Below, piece after piece: positions 40,949 to 50,474 of a DNA stretch of 64,000 bases (its first letter is position 1; the number at the start of each line of letters is the position of its first letter). The notes below the pieces were generated by a model. That model was not told the origin of the DNA and ran no database searches. It saw nothing but the letters and a program-made list of their open reading frames with translations. The DNA comes from an uncultured Thermoleophilia bacterium (lineage in GTDB: Bacteria > Actinomycetota > Thermoleophilia > UBA2241), in the NCBI GenBank assembly GCA_963715985.1, contig CAVQSP010000014.1:96001-160000 (forward strand), given 5' to 3'. A program made the translations under genes and the position numbers.

Positions 40949-42538
40949 GTGACGGCGTGGTCCCCCCTTCGGTACCGCATCTACCGCGATCTGTGGATCG
41001 CCCTGCTCGTCTCCAACATCGGCACCTGGATGCAGACGGTGGGGGCGGCGTGGCTCATGCTGGAGCTCAACGCCTCGCCGGCCGTCGTCGCGCTCGTGCA
41101 GACGGCCACGTACCTCCCGGTGCTGTTCGTGGGCATCGCGGCCGGCGCGCTGGCGGACCTCGTCGACCGGCGGCGGATGCTGCTCGTCACGCAGGGGTTC
41201 ATGCTCATCGCGGCGGTGTCGCTGGCCGTGGTCACGGCCACGGGCGCCGTCACGCCGGTCATCCTGCTCGCGCTCACCTTCGCCTTCGGGCTGGGCAGTG
41301 CGCTGAGCTTCCCCGCCTGGCAGGCCATCCAGCCTGAGCTCGTGCCCGCGGGCGAGTTCCGCCAGGCCCTCACGCTGGGCAGCGCCAACCAGAACATCGG
41401 TCGCGCCATCGGTCCGGCTCTTGGCGGCGTGCTGATCGTCGCCGCCGGGCCGTGGCTCGTGTTCGCCCTCAACGCCGTCTCGTTCGTGGTCGTGCTGTTC
41501 GTGCTGATGCGCTGGCGGCGGGAGACCGACGAGGGCGCCGGCCCGCCGGAGGCGTTCGCCGGCGCCATCCGCGCGGGGGTGCGGCACGCGGCCTTCTCCC
41601 ACGTCCTGCAGGGAGTGGTGGTCCGCGCCCTCGCCTTCGGCCTCGCGAGCGCCGGGCTGATGTCGCTGCTGCCGGTGTACGCGCGGGACGTGCTCGGCGT
41701 GGGCTCCGGCGGCCTCGGCCTGCTGTACGCCGGCTTCGGCGTGGGGGCGGTGGCGGTGGCCGTCTTCCTGCCACGCCTGCGCGCGCGGTTCAGCGCCGAC
41801 CGTGTGTTCGCGCTCGGCACCGGCGTCGTGGCGGCGGCGCTCGTCGCGCTGGCTCTCGTGCACGGGATGGCGGCCGCCCTGGTGGTGAGCTTCGTCGCCG
41901 GCGGCGGCTGGCTGGTCTGCCTGTCGGGCCTCATGGTGGCCACGCAGGAGGCCGTGCCGGCGTGGGTGCGGGCGCGCGGCCTGGGCTTCTACCTCACGGC
42001 CATCTCGGCCGGCATCGCGGGCGGCAGCGCCCTCTGGGGCTGGGTGGCCAACCACGCCGGCGTGCAGGCCACGTATGCCTGGGGCGCTCTGGCCCTTGCC
42101 GGCACGCTTGCGCTCGCGCTGCGCTGGCGCTTCGACCGCATCGCCGAGATCGATCTGCGACCGGCGCCAATGTCCGAGACCCGCGAATCCGTGGCCGGCA
42201 CGAGCCCCGACAGCCCGACGCTCGTAGTGGTTGGGTACGAGGTGCTGCCGGAGGCGGAGCAGGACTTCCTCAAGGCGCTCCGCCTGGTCGGCCGCGGGCG
42301 CCGCCGCACCGGGGCCACCGACTGGTCGGTGTACCGCGACGCCGACCGCGAGCACCGCTTCGTGGAGACCTTCGTGCTGTCGTCCTGGGACGAGCACCGG
42401 CGGCAGCACCAGCGGCGCACCGTCACGGATCTGGAGCACCAGGAGGCGCTGCTCGAGTACCTGCGCCCCGGCAGCGCCCCGACGGCGAGGCACTTCGTGG
42501 CGCCGTCCGGCCCCTCGATGCGGCTGTGGACGTTCTGA
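40949..42538 (+). CDS. MFS transporter (DUF894/MFS_3 type) with C-terminal soluble domain
   Basis: SNIGTWMQTVGAAW, LADLVDRRR, FVETFVLSSWDEHRRQH; TAGGCT -10 6 nt before GTG (leaderless). Confidence 0.9.
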   Translation: MTAWSPLRYRIYRDLWIALLVSNIGTWMQTVGAAWLMLELNASPAVVALVQTATYLPVLFVGIAAGALADLVDRRRMLLVTQGFMLIAAVSLAVVTATGAVTPVILLALTFAFGLGSALSFPAWQAIQPELVPAGEFRQALTLGSANQNIGRAIGPALGGVLIVAAGPWLVFALNAVSFVVVLFVLMRWRRETDEGAGPPEAFAGAIRAGVRHAAFSHVLQGVVVRALAFGLASAGLMSLLPVYARDVLGVGSGGLGLLYAGFGVGAVAVAVFLPRLRARFSADRVFALGTGVVAAALVALALVHGMAAALVVSFVAGGGWLVCLSGLMVATQEAVPAWVRARGLGFYLTAISAGIAGGSALWGWVANHAGVQATYAWGALALAGTLALALRWRFDRIAEIDLRPAPMSETRESVAGTSPDSPTLVVVGYEVLPEAEQDFLKALRLVGRGRRRTGATDWSVYRDADREHRFVETFVLSSWDEHRRQHQRRTVTDLEHQEALLEYLRPGSAPTARHFVAPSGPSMRLWTF

Positions 42539-42557
42539 GCGCCGGCGCCGCTCCGGG

Positions 42558-43142
42558 TCAGGGCCCCAGCACGGCGTAGAGGGCGTCCGCGAACCCCATC
42601 GTCAGCAGGTGCCGCGTCGCCTCGTGGCGCAGCATGTACGGGTCGGCCTGCTCGCCCAGCCGCACGCGATCGAGAGCGTCCGCATCCTTGAGCAGCCAGA
42701 GGACGCGGAGAGCGCGCTCGTCGCCGGGCCGCGAAGGGTCGTCGGCGCTCGCGCGCGCCTCGTGGTCGGGGAGGGAGTGGAACCGCACGGCGAAGAGGAC
42801 GGCGGCGGCGTCCGCCGGGGCCAGCCCTCGGGTCAGACCGAGATGCTCGGCGCGGGTCGCGCTCTTGGCCCCGTGCGCGTCGTCGACGCCGTCGTCCGTG
42901 CGTCCGATGTCGTGCCACAGCGCGGCGGACAGCGCGAGGTCCGTGTCGCCGGCATCCCAGCCGAGGGCGCTCGTCAGCCGCTGAGCGTGCACGTGGACGC
43001 GCTGCGTGTGGCTCACGCCGTGGAGCCGGGAGTGCCGGCGAAACCACTTCTCCGGCACCGTCGGGGCGAGCGCAGCCCAAGCCGCGGCCTCCACCCTGCG
43101 GCCGGCCGCTTCGTGACTCACACCGTAGGGATCCGCGCTCAC
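42558..43142 (-). CDS. HD-domain phosphohydrolase
   Basis: HGVSHTQRV, WHDIGR, HGAKSA, KDADALDRVR. Confidence 0.85.
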   Translation of the reverse strand: MSADPYGVSHEAAGRRVEAAAWAALAPTVPEKWFRRHSRLHGVSHTQRVHVHAQRLTSALGWDAGDTDLALSAALWHDIGRTDDGVDDAHGAKSATRAEHLGLTRGLAPADAAAVLFAVRFHSLPDHEARASADDPSRPGDERALRVLWLLKDADALDRVRLGEQADPYMLRHEATRHLLTMGFADALYAVLGP

Positions 43143-43143
43143 G

Positions 43144-44466
43144 CTACTCCAGCCCCAGGTGCGCCAATGCCTGCGCCAGCGCGCCGGTCTCGAGGCAGAG
43201 GGCGGCGGCCGCGTCCTCGAGGCTGAGCCGGCCGTCGCGCACGGCGGCGAGCGCCCAGGCGCGCATGGCGGCCGGCACGCGCAGCACGGCCGGCTCACCG
43301 AACGACCCGGGCGGCAGCACCTCCTGCGGGGTGAGGTGCGCGAGCGTGTCGCGCACGCCGCCCAGGAAGGCCTGCCGCGGCAACAGCTGCCACTCGTCGC
43401 GGCGCATCTCCCGGCGCAGCAGCGAGAACTGGCGCGGTGAGAGGCGGCCGGCGGCTCTGGTGCGGAACAGGGACGCCCAGGCGCTGATGCCGAAGGCGTT
43501 GCCCAGCTCGAGGAGGGTGTCCAGGGTCGGGTTCTTCGGCAGGTCGGGGCGGCGTGCGTACCAGCGCTCGACGGCGCGCACCGGCGCGAGGAGCTCCTCC
43601 GCGAAGTCGTTGGCGGCCGCCTCGCGCGGATTGGCGCGGCTCCAGCCGATGCGCTCGTCGACCACGTCGCCGTGCGCCAGCATGAGGTGGGCGAAGCCGT
43701 GGGCGAGCGCGAACCGCTGCAGCACGACCGGGCGCGCGGCGTTGACGAAGAGGAACGGTACCCCATCGGTGACGAACGCGGCGGCCACGGGACGGAGCGC
43801 CGATCCCGTCGCCGACGGCTGGTCGTCCGCAGGTGAGGTGGCCGGCGCGCGCTCCTCGTGCGCCACGCGCGCCACGATGATCTGGATGCCGAGCCCGTCT
43901 TCGAGCAGCGGGACCAGGTCGGGCAGCGGGCCGTCGTCCGGGTCCACGTGCAGCTCGCTGCGCCAGAAGCGGGCGACGCGGTCGTAGAGAGCATCGCCCG
44001 TGCCGGGAGTCGTGGCGGGTGGTCGCCACGGCTGGGGGGAGTACGCCGGCTTGCCTTCGGCGGTCTGTCCCGTGCTCCAGAGGAGCGTGGGGCTCGGCCT
44101 CACGGCGAGCGCTCGCAAGGCGAACCAGTCGCGCACCACGCCGGCGATGGCGGAGGACCACTCGCCGGCGGCGGGAGCCGGCGCCGCCGAGAAGGAGGGT
44201 GCTTGCGACGGCGGCTCCGCGCCGAACGCCGTCTGCCGCTCCCGGTGGACGCGTGCGAGCGGCGGGACGGAAGGAGCCGCCCGGCGCAGGAGCAGCCGAG
44301 CCGGCGACGGCGACGGCTGTTCGTCCCAGGAAGTCGGCATCCGCCGGGCGGCGGATCCGATGTCGCCATGCTCGCGCGAGAGGCCGTAGGCGAAGCCGTG
44401 GACCTGCGGCTCGACGGCCTCGAAGTCCCCTTCCTCCCGAGAGAACGCACGAGCTGCCGGCGTCAT
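43144..44466 (-). CDS. ImmA/IrrE (peptidase M78)-like protein with HGFAH instead of HExxH
   Basis: LFVNAA..QRFALAHGFAHL..EAAANDFAEELLAP; C-terminal LSLEDAAAAL. Confidence 0.8.
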   Translation of the reverse strand: MTPAARAFSREEGDFEAVEPQVHGFAYGLSREHGDIGSAARRMPTSWDEQPSPSPARLLLRRAAPSVPPLARVHRERQTAFGAEPPSQAPSFSAAPAPAAGEWSSAIAGVVRDWFALRALAVRPSPTLLWSTGQTAEGKPAYSPQPWRPPATTPGTGDALYDRVARFWRSELHVDPDDGPLPDLVPLLEDGLGIQIIVARVAHEERAPATSPADDQPSATGSALRPVAAAFVTDGVPFLFVNAARPVVLQRFALAHGFAHLMLAHGDVVDERIGWSRANPREAAANDFAEELLAPVRAVERWYARRPDLPKNPTLDTLLELGNAFGISAWASLFRTRAAGRLSPRQFSLLRREMRRDEWQLLPRQAFLGGVRDTLAHLTPQEVLPPGSFGEPAVLRVPAAMRAWALAAVRDGRLSLEDAAAALCLETGALAQALAHLGLE

Positions 44467-44906
44467 GGGCAGATCCAGGGCCGGGCTCGCGCCTCCTGAG
44501 GCGCCGGCGGCGGCCTCGAGTCAGGGCCCTCTTCGCCGCCGCTCGCCTCGGCCGGCGCCGGCCCGGTGGCCTGCCGGATCGCGGACTGCAGCCGCAGTTC
44601 CTCCGGTGAGCCCGTTGGCGCCGAGGTCTCGCCCGGGGCCTGCGCGACGGAGGGCACCGTCCACGCCTGAGGCGGCGCGGACTCCGTCGCCGCCCTGCTC
44701 GTGAGCAGTTGGTCGGCGGAGACGCTGAAGAGGTCGGCGAGGCGCTGCAGCTCAGAGGCCGAGACGCGCCGGCGGCCGGCCTCGATGCGGCTCACGGCCG
44801 ACTGGTCGAGACCCACGGCCTTGGCGAGCTCCCGCTGGCTCCAGCCCTGCTGTTCGCGCAGGCCGGCGATGAGGCTGCCGATGCTCGCCTGATGCTCATC
44901 GCGCAT
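44463..44906 (-). CDS. XRE-family HTH regulator (possibly the N-terminus of a frameshifted fusion with the ImmA-like gene)
   Basis: LREQQGWSQRELAKAVGLDQSAVSRIEAGRR; ATGA overlap with downstream ORF. Confidence 0.85.
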   Translation of the reverse strand: MRDEHQASIGSLIAGLREQQGWSQRELAKAVGLDQSAVSRIEAGRRRVSASELQRLADLFSVSADQLLTSRAATESAPPQAWTVPSVAQAPGETSAPTGSPEELRLQSAIRQATGPAPAEASGGEEGPDSRPPPAPQEARARPWICP

Positions 44907-44928
44907 CGGTTCCGTCTCCTTCGGTCGC

Positions 44929-45020
44929 TACACTGACTGCATCAGTGTACGTCATCGCTGCGCCTCATTCCTTCGTGTGGGCGGAGCCATGAGCTTGACG
45001 ATGATGTTATTATTACATCA
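44929..45020. promoter_or_regulatory. Palindromic operators between divergent XRE and ARPP-1 genes
   Basis: TACACTGA-CTGCA-TCAGTGTA (44929-44949) and TGATGT-N7-ACATCA (45002-45020) in an AT-rich patch. Confidence 0.55.
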
Positions 45021-45168
45021 GACTGTGGAATAGAAACACAACACACGATGTCACTGTGGCATTGATTGCGTAGTCGTCACCGCCGCAGGTATCAGAGACA
45101 CGATGCAAGCCAACAGCCGCTCGTCGCACGGCCGGACCGGCGAGCGGCTCACACCATGGAGGTGGATC

Positions 45169-46224
45169 ATGGCCGATCAGCACGACACGTACACAGGCGC
45201 CACGCTGGTGCAGGCGCTGCGGCTCGGCGAGCGACAGGCTCACGGGCCGCTCGCCGTCTTCCCGCTCTTCCTGGAGCGGCATGGGGAGGGTCACGGGCGC
45301 CCGCACTTCATCACGCTGAGGCAGGCTCTCGGTGAGGGGCGCGCCCTCATCACCGAGGTCGACGAGGGCGGCTCGGTGCCGGAACTGCGTGTGGTCAACA
45401 AGGGCGACGCGCGCCTCCTCATCGTGGACGGTGAGGAGCTCCGCGGGGCCAAGCAGAACCGCGTGCTCAACACCAGCATCCTCGTCGACCACTTCGCCAC
45501 CATCGTCGTCCCCGTGAGCTGCACCGAGCGGGGGCGCTGGTCCTACGCCACGCGCGAGTTCGCCGAGAGCGAGATCGTCGCCGAGCGGCAGGTACGGTAC
45601 GCCATGCGCGAGACCACCCAAGCCTCTCTCGTGCGCGGGGCCGGCCACCTTGCCGATCAAGGAGAGGTGTGGAGCGAGGTCGACGCCATGCACGCCCGCC
45701 AGCACACCGCCTCGCCCACGAGTGCCATGCGCGACGCGTACCAGTACAAGAAGCGCGACCTGGATGCCGTCATCGCCGCCTTCCCGCTGCAGGCGGAGCA
45801 GAACGGCGTGCTCGTTCTGCACGGCGACCGCGTGGTGGGGCTGGACCTCGTCTCGCGCTCGCCCCAGTACGGCGAGCTCCACGAGAAGCTGCTGCGGAGC
45901 TACGCCTTCGAGGCGCTCGTCAGCGACGGCGAGCCCGGCGACCGCGCCGTCGCCGACGCCTTCCTCGAACGCATCGCCGGCCTGTCCGGCCGGCGCTTCA
46001 AGAGCCCCGGCCTCGGCTGGGACGTGCGCTTCGAGGGCGCCGGGGTGCTTGGCTCGGCCCTCGTGTACCGCGGCCGTACCGTTCACGCCGCCTTCTTCGA
46101 CGTCGGCGGCGCCATCGGCCACACGGGCGACGTCGCGGGCACTGCCGGCGAGGGCCGGCCGCGCGTCATGGACTGGCGCATCGCCGACGCCCGCGAGCGC
46201 GCTCGCCGCAGGGGCATGCGCTGA
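45169..46224 (+). CDS. ARPP-1 (DUF6569) family protein
   Basis: EVDEGGSVPELRVVN, DGEELRGAKQNRVLNTS, PVSCTERGRW, QGEVW, KLLRSYA; SD GGAGG before ATG 45169. Confidence 0.75.
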   Translation: MADQHDTYTGATLVQALRLGERQAHGPLAVFPLFLERHGEGHGRPHFITLRQALGEGRALITEVDEGGSVPELRVVNKGDARLLIVDGEELRGAKQNRVLNTSILVDHFATIVVPVSCTERGRWSYATREFAESEIVAERQVRYAMRETTQASLVRGAGHLADQGEVWSEVDAMHARQHTASPTSAMRDAYQYKKRDLDAVIAAFPLQAEQNGVLVLHGDRVVGLDLVSRSPQYGELHEKLLRSYAFEALVSDGEPGDRAVADAFLERIAGLSGRRFKSPGLGWDVRFEGAGVLGSALVYRGRTVHAAFFDVGGAIGHTGDVAGTAGEGRPRVMDWRIADARERARRRGMR

Positions 46225-46260
46225 CCGGCACGTCGCCGGTCCGATCAGAGAGGAGACACC

Positions 46261-47109
46261 ATGCCGAAGAACAGGGACGATCGCGAGAAGGCCTACAGGG
46301 CCGCGGCCGCCATCACGCGCGAGCAGCTCAGGCGCGACGCGCCGGAGCGGGCCCGCGCCCTCGACGAGGTCGAGAAGAGCGACGTCGTGGTGGTCGCCGG
46401 CACCTACGACCACGTGGAGTCCGTGCTGTAGGCGCTGGACGTGCCGCACACGGTGATCTACGTCGGCGCCGTGGACCGGCTTCGGCTGCGCCCCGAGCAG
46501 CTGCTCATCGTCAACTGCCCGGGCCAGGTCTCGCCGCGGGGCGTCACCCGCATCCGCCGCTTCGTGGAGGAGGGCGGCAGCCTGTTCACCACCGACTGGG
46601 CGCTCAAGTACGTGGTTGAGCCGGCGTTCCCGGGTGTGCTCGCCTTCCAGAAATCGCCGACCGCCGACGATGTGGTGCGCATCGAGGTCAACGACCACGA
46701 CAACATCTACCTGCAGGGCGTACTGGACGGCCAGGACGATCCGCAGTGGTGGCTGGAGGGCTCCTCGTATCCCATCACCATCCTCGACCCGGAGCGCGTG
46801 CAGGTGCTCATCACCAGCCGCGAGCTCGGCGAGAAGTACGGAGAGACCCCTGTGGCCGTGTGGTTCCGCTGGGGCGAGGGCGATGTGTTCCACATGATCA
46901 GCCACTACTACCTGCAGCGCACCGAACTGCGCACGGCGCGGCACCAGAGTGCCGCCGCCGGCTACTTCGCGGAGAAGGGCGTGGCGATGAGCCAGGCCAT
47001 GGTCCGCGAGTACGCCGACCTCAGTCTGGCCGACGTCGAGTCGGCCAAGCCTTCGGCCGCCTTCATGGCCAATGTGATCATCGAGAAGAGGCGGAGGCGG
47101 AAGCCCTGA
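46261..47109 (+). CDS. Class I glutamine amidotransferase-like hypothetical protein with in-frame TAG at codon 57
   Basis: SD GAGGAG then ATG 46261; VVAGTYDHVESVL-TAG(46429)-ALDVPHTV in frame with ORF 46441..47109 (VNCPG, FVEEGGSLFTTDWA). Confidence 0.75.
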
Positions 47110-47197
47110 ACGTCGCTGCGGACACGGGCTGCGCCCGACAAGGCTGAGCGGCGGAGCCCGACCCGTGAGGCACCGAAGGACCGTCGCCGTCAACGGG

Positions 47198-47236
47198 ACG
47201 GGGCGGCGGGGCGCTGTGCGCCCCGCCGCCCCGTTT
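47198..47236. terminator. Terminator hairpin
   Basis: ACGGGGCGGCGGGGCGC-TGT-GCGCCCCGCCGCCCCGT-TT. Confidence 0.75.
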
Positions 47237-47256
47237 CAGGCGCTGCATGTGGTCTT

Positions 47257-47454
47257 TCAGGCTACGTTCTCGTGCTCGTCACGCATGTGGTCAAGCCACG
47301 TCGCGCAGGCCATGAACTCCTCGTCGCAGGTCACGCAGCGGTACTTCTCCGCCTCGTGCGACTCGGCGTGCGCGGTCTTGATGTGGTGCTCGAGGACGTG
47401 GAACGTATCGAACTCCGCTTTGCAGTGAGGGCAGGGATACATCTGCATGCTCAT
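47257..47454 (-). CDS. Small protein with two C2H2 zinc fingers
   Basis: YPCPHCKAEF..LEHHIKTAH and YRCVTCDEEF..WLDHMRDEH; SD AAAGGGGG. Confidence 0.8.
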   Translation of the reverse strand: MSMQMYPCPHCKAEFDTFHVLEHHIKTAHAESHEAEKYRCVTCDEEFMACATWLDHMRDEHENVA

Positions 47455-47612
47455 CGCCGGGCCCCCCTTTCGTTTGGTGGGTAAACACCAAGCGCGTAGT
47501 TTTTACCCACCTATGCCCGGCCTGACACTACGAAACTCGCACGCCATGCGGCCGACAACGACGCCGGGCGCAGACAAGCGGGGACACTCTAGATTGAACG
47601 AAGGGAGCTGGG

Positions 47613-48164
47613 ATGGCTGAAGAGCGCACAGGGCCGCCGCCGGCGGAGCTCGTGGCGAGGATGCGGGTGGCGGAGGGCGACATCACGCGCCTGTGCGTGG
47701 ACGCGATCGTCAACGCCGCCAACGAGTCGCTGCTCGGCGGAGGCGGCGTGGACGGCGCCATCCACCGGGCCGCCGGACCGGAGCTGCTGGCGGAGTGTCG
47801 GTCCCTCGGCGGCTGCCCGACCGGCGAGGCGCGCATCACGGGTGGCTACGCTCTGCCTTCGCGCCACGTCATACACACGGTGGGGCCGGTATGGAAAGGC
47901 GGGGGCCGCGGCGAGCCCGATCTGCTGCGCTCGTGCTACACGGAGTCGCTGCGCCTGGCGGCCGAGTCGGACCTCGAGACCATCGCGTTCCCCGGCATCT
48001 CCACAGGCGTGTACGGCTATCCCGACGATCGCGCCTGCGACGAGGCCGTGAGCGCCGTCGCCGCCTGGCTCGCCGCGCACGAGCTGCCGCGCACCGTCAC
48101 CTTCTGCTGCTTCAGCGACCGGGCCGCCGGCCTCTATCGCCGCCGGCTCGGCCTCGTGAGCTGA
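47613..48164 (+). CDS. Macro domain O-acetyl-ADP-ribose deacetylase (YmdB-like)
   Basis: [46 protein letters not shown]. Confidence 0.95.
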   Translation: MAEERTGPPPAELVARMRVAEGDITRLCVDAIVNAANESLLGGGGVDGAIHRAAGPELLAECRSLGGCPTGEARITGGYALPSRHVIHTVGPVWKGGGRGEPDLLRSCYTESLRLAAESDLETIAFPGISTGVYGYPDDRACDEAVSAVAAWLAAHELPRTVTFCCFSDRAAGLYRRRLGLVS

Positions 48165-48223
48165 AGGGGGCTGCAGCGACGCCGGCGGGGCCGGTGCCCG
48201 TCCCCGCGGCCTCGCGTCCAGAG

Positions 48224-48270
48224 TGCATGCGCGCATGCATGGTTGACAGCATGCGATTGTGAACTACGCT
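48224..48270 (+). promoter_or_regulatory. TA operon promoter with palindromic operator
   Basis: Perfect palindrome TGCATGCGCGCATGCA (48224-48239), TTGACA 48243-48248, TACGCT 48265-48270. Confidence 0.65.
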
Positions 48271-48330
48271 GAGCTTGCACCGGGTCGCGTCGCGGCCCAG
48301 ACCCAGATCATGGAGCACGGAGCCGCCGTC

Positions 48331-48573
48331 ATGAGCCGCACGCCGACACGACCGGTCCAGGTCCGCCTGCCGGAGTCACTGGACGACTTCCTCAGCGGTC
48401 TCGCCGACGAGCGCGGGGAGAGCAAGACGCGGATCGTCGTCGAGGCGCTCGAGTGCCTGCGGCAGCAGCTGCTGGAGCGCCGCATGGAGGCCGGCTATCG
48501 TGTGCTGGCCGGCGAGCAGGATCACCTGGTGCGGGCCGGCCTGGAGGCAGCCCTGCCGGCAGTTCCGCAGTGA
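48331..48573 (+). CDS. Ribbon-helix-helix antitoxin
   Basis: VQVRLPESL..LADERGESKTRIVVEALE; RMEAGY motif; directly upstream of the toxin. Confidence 0.8.
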   Translation: MSRTPTRPVQVRLPESLDDFLSGLADERGESKTRIVVEALECLRQQLLERRMEAGYRVLAGEQDHLVRAGLEAALPAVPQ

Positions 48574-48576
48574 GTC

Positions 48577-48918
48577 ATGCCGGAGGGGGATCCCCAGGTC
48601 GTTCCACGTCGCGGCGAGGTGTACTGGGTCACGTTCGCCGCGCCCGTCGGCCGCCGCCCTGTACTCATCGTTCAGAACGACGTCGGTAACCGGGCCTCGT
48701 CGAGCACCATCGTGGCTCACGTCTCGGCGACCCCTCGACCCGACTATCCCTTCCTCGTGGCTCTTGACGCCTCCGAGCTGGGCAAACCCGCGTGTGTGCA
48801 CTGCGAGACGATCAACACCATCCCCGTCTCGCTGCTCGAGGACCGGCTCGGCGCGCTGACGCCCGCGGCCATGGGCCGGGTCGACGAGGCGCTGCGACTC
48901 TCCCTCCGTCTCGGCTAG
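48577..48918 (+). CDS. mazF: MazF/PemK endoribonuclease toxin
   Basis: RRGEVYWV, RRPVLIVQNDVGN, MGRVDEALRLSL. Confidence 0.9.
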   Translation: MPEGDPQVVPRRGEVYWVTFAAPVGRRPVLIVQNDVGNRASSSTIVAHVSATPRPDYPFLVALDASELGKPACVHCETINTIPVSLLEDRLGALTPAAMGRVDEALRLSLRLG

Positions 48919-48967
48919 GCCGCCGCCGGCCTGCGGCGAGCGGCGGCCCTCAGCCCTCAGCCGTGCG

Positions 48968-50458
48968 TCACAGCGGATCTGCCTTGAACACCGTCCACGG
49001 TTGCGTGGGACGGTCGTCCAGGTAGCCGTCCAGGTACTCCCATTGCGGATGCGCGGCGAAGAAGTCCGCGGCCACGAACGGCGCGCCGCACGAGCGGCCC
49101 CAGCGCGCCGAGAAGCTCAACTGCGTCGCCATGTCGCCGTCCATGACCTTGCCGTCCAGACAACCTTGCGGCGAGTAGGGACGCCGCGCCTGCCAGTACT
49201 GGAACGGGTCCACGTCGTAGTGGCCGCACACGGTGCGTGAGCAGGGGTTGTCGGCCTTCTCCAGGTACACGTCGTAGTGGTCGGCGAGGATGGTCTTGGC
49301 GACATCGACGTCGATGGACCCCTTGTACTGCTGCATGAGCTGGGTGAGGCGCACGCGCCGTGCCCCGGTCGGGGTCCTGACGTCGAAGAAGGTCGGGTCG
49401 CCGCCGCACTCGAGGTCGCGGATCTTGTCGTCCGTAGCGCCGTTGAAGCCCACGAAGTAGCCGTCGGTGGTGCGCTCGACGCTGTCGTACTTGAGGCCCT
49501 GCTCGAAGCGCATGATCTCGTTGGTGTGCGTGTCCGCCAGCAGCCAGCTGTTGGCGTAGCCGCCGTTGTTGCCGGTGCGCATGATCTGCACCCACTGGTC
49601 GAGCGTGCCGGCGTACTGGGTGGCGCGGCGCATGCGGAAGAACTCCGGCATCTTCCTGGGGTCGTACTTGGCGAAGTTGCCGATCGTGGTCTCGGTGCCC
49701 ACGAGGCCGGCGTCGGTGGCGAAGTAGTCGGTCATGCTGGCGATGCAACCGGGGAAGCCCTGCATGATCATGTGGTGCCCCTGGGAGGGGTCGATGTCGA
49801 GCACCACGTGGGCGAACTGCCCGGTGACGAAGTGGTCCCAGTCGTTGTGGGCCATGACGACCTTGCCGTCCTTCGTGTACGAGCCGGTGGCGATGAAGGC
49901 GCTGCAGTGCTCCCTGTCCACGCCGAGCGTGTAGGCCCCGGATTCGATGCCCGGATACCAGTAGCCGAGCAGCTCCATGTTGCCGTTGATGGCGAGGACC
50001 TCACGCCAGGTCAGCGGGGTGCCGGCACTGGTGGCCCCGGCGGCGATGCCCTTCATCTCCTGGACGTACTCGCTCTGCTTCTTCTTGTCCCAGAGGATCG
50101 AGGCGGCCTTGATGAAGAAGTCCCAGTCGTGACCGGTGTCGATGGGGGTGGTGTACTCGAGCGTGCGCTGGAACTCGCCGATCTCGGCGGCCATGAGGCG
50201 GCCGTGCTGGTACCCGCGCTCGTAGGGCTTGCCCTCGATGTGGACGAAGGTCCAGCCGTTGGCCTCGAAGCGGTAGCCGGCGCCGTACCGGGTCACGTCC
50301 CCGGCGGGGCTGGCGTCGACCTGGGGTGCGGCGGCCTGGACGGTCGTCGTGGCGCCGCCGGCCGGGTCGGCGCCGCGCCACACCAGGGTGGCAGAGAGCG
50401 CCGAGGCCGCCAGGACCACGGCGGCGAGGATCAGCAGTGCTCTGGTCGTCTTCTTCAT
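48968..50458 (-). CDS. Secreted Ntn-hydrolase (peptidase C45/phospholipase B-like)
   Basis: Signal peptide MKKTTRALL; GKPYERGYQHG, HCSAFIATG nucleophile site, AHNDW, NNGGYANSW. Confidence 0.85.
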   Translation of the reverse strand: MKKTTRALLILAAVVLAASALSATLVWRGADPAGGATTTVQAAAPQVDASPAGDVTRYGAGYRFEANGWTFVHIEGKPYERGYQHGRLMAAEIGEFQRTLEYTTPIDTGHDWDFFIKAASILWDKKKQSEYVQEMKGIAAGATSAGTPLTWREVLAINGNMELLGYWYPGIESGAYTLGVDREHCSAFIATGSYTKDGKVVMAHNDWDHFVTGQFAHVVLDIDPSQGHHMIMQGFPGCIASMTDYFATDAGLVGTETTIGNFAKYDPRKMPEFFRMRRATQYAGTLDQWVQIMRTGNNGGYANSWLLADTHTNEIMRFEQGLKYDSVERTTDGYFVGFNGATDDKIRDLECGGDPTFFDVRTPTGARRVRLTQLMQQYKGSIDVDVAKTILADHYDVYLEKADNPCSRTVCGHYDVDPFQYWQARRPYSPQGCLDGKVMDGDMATQLSFSARWGRSCGAPFVAADFFAAHPQWEYLDGYLDDRPTQPWTVFKADPL

Positions 50459-50474
50459 GTGGTCCCTCCCATCA

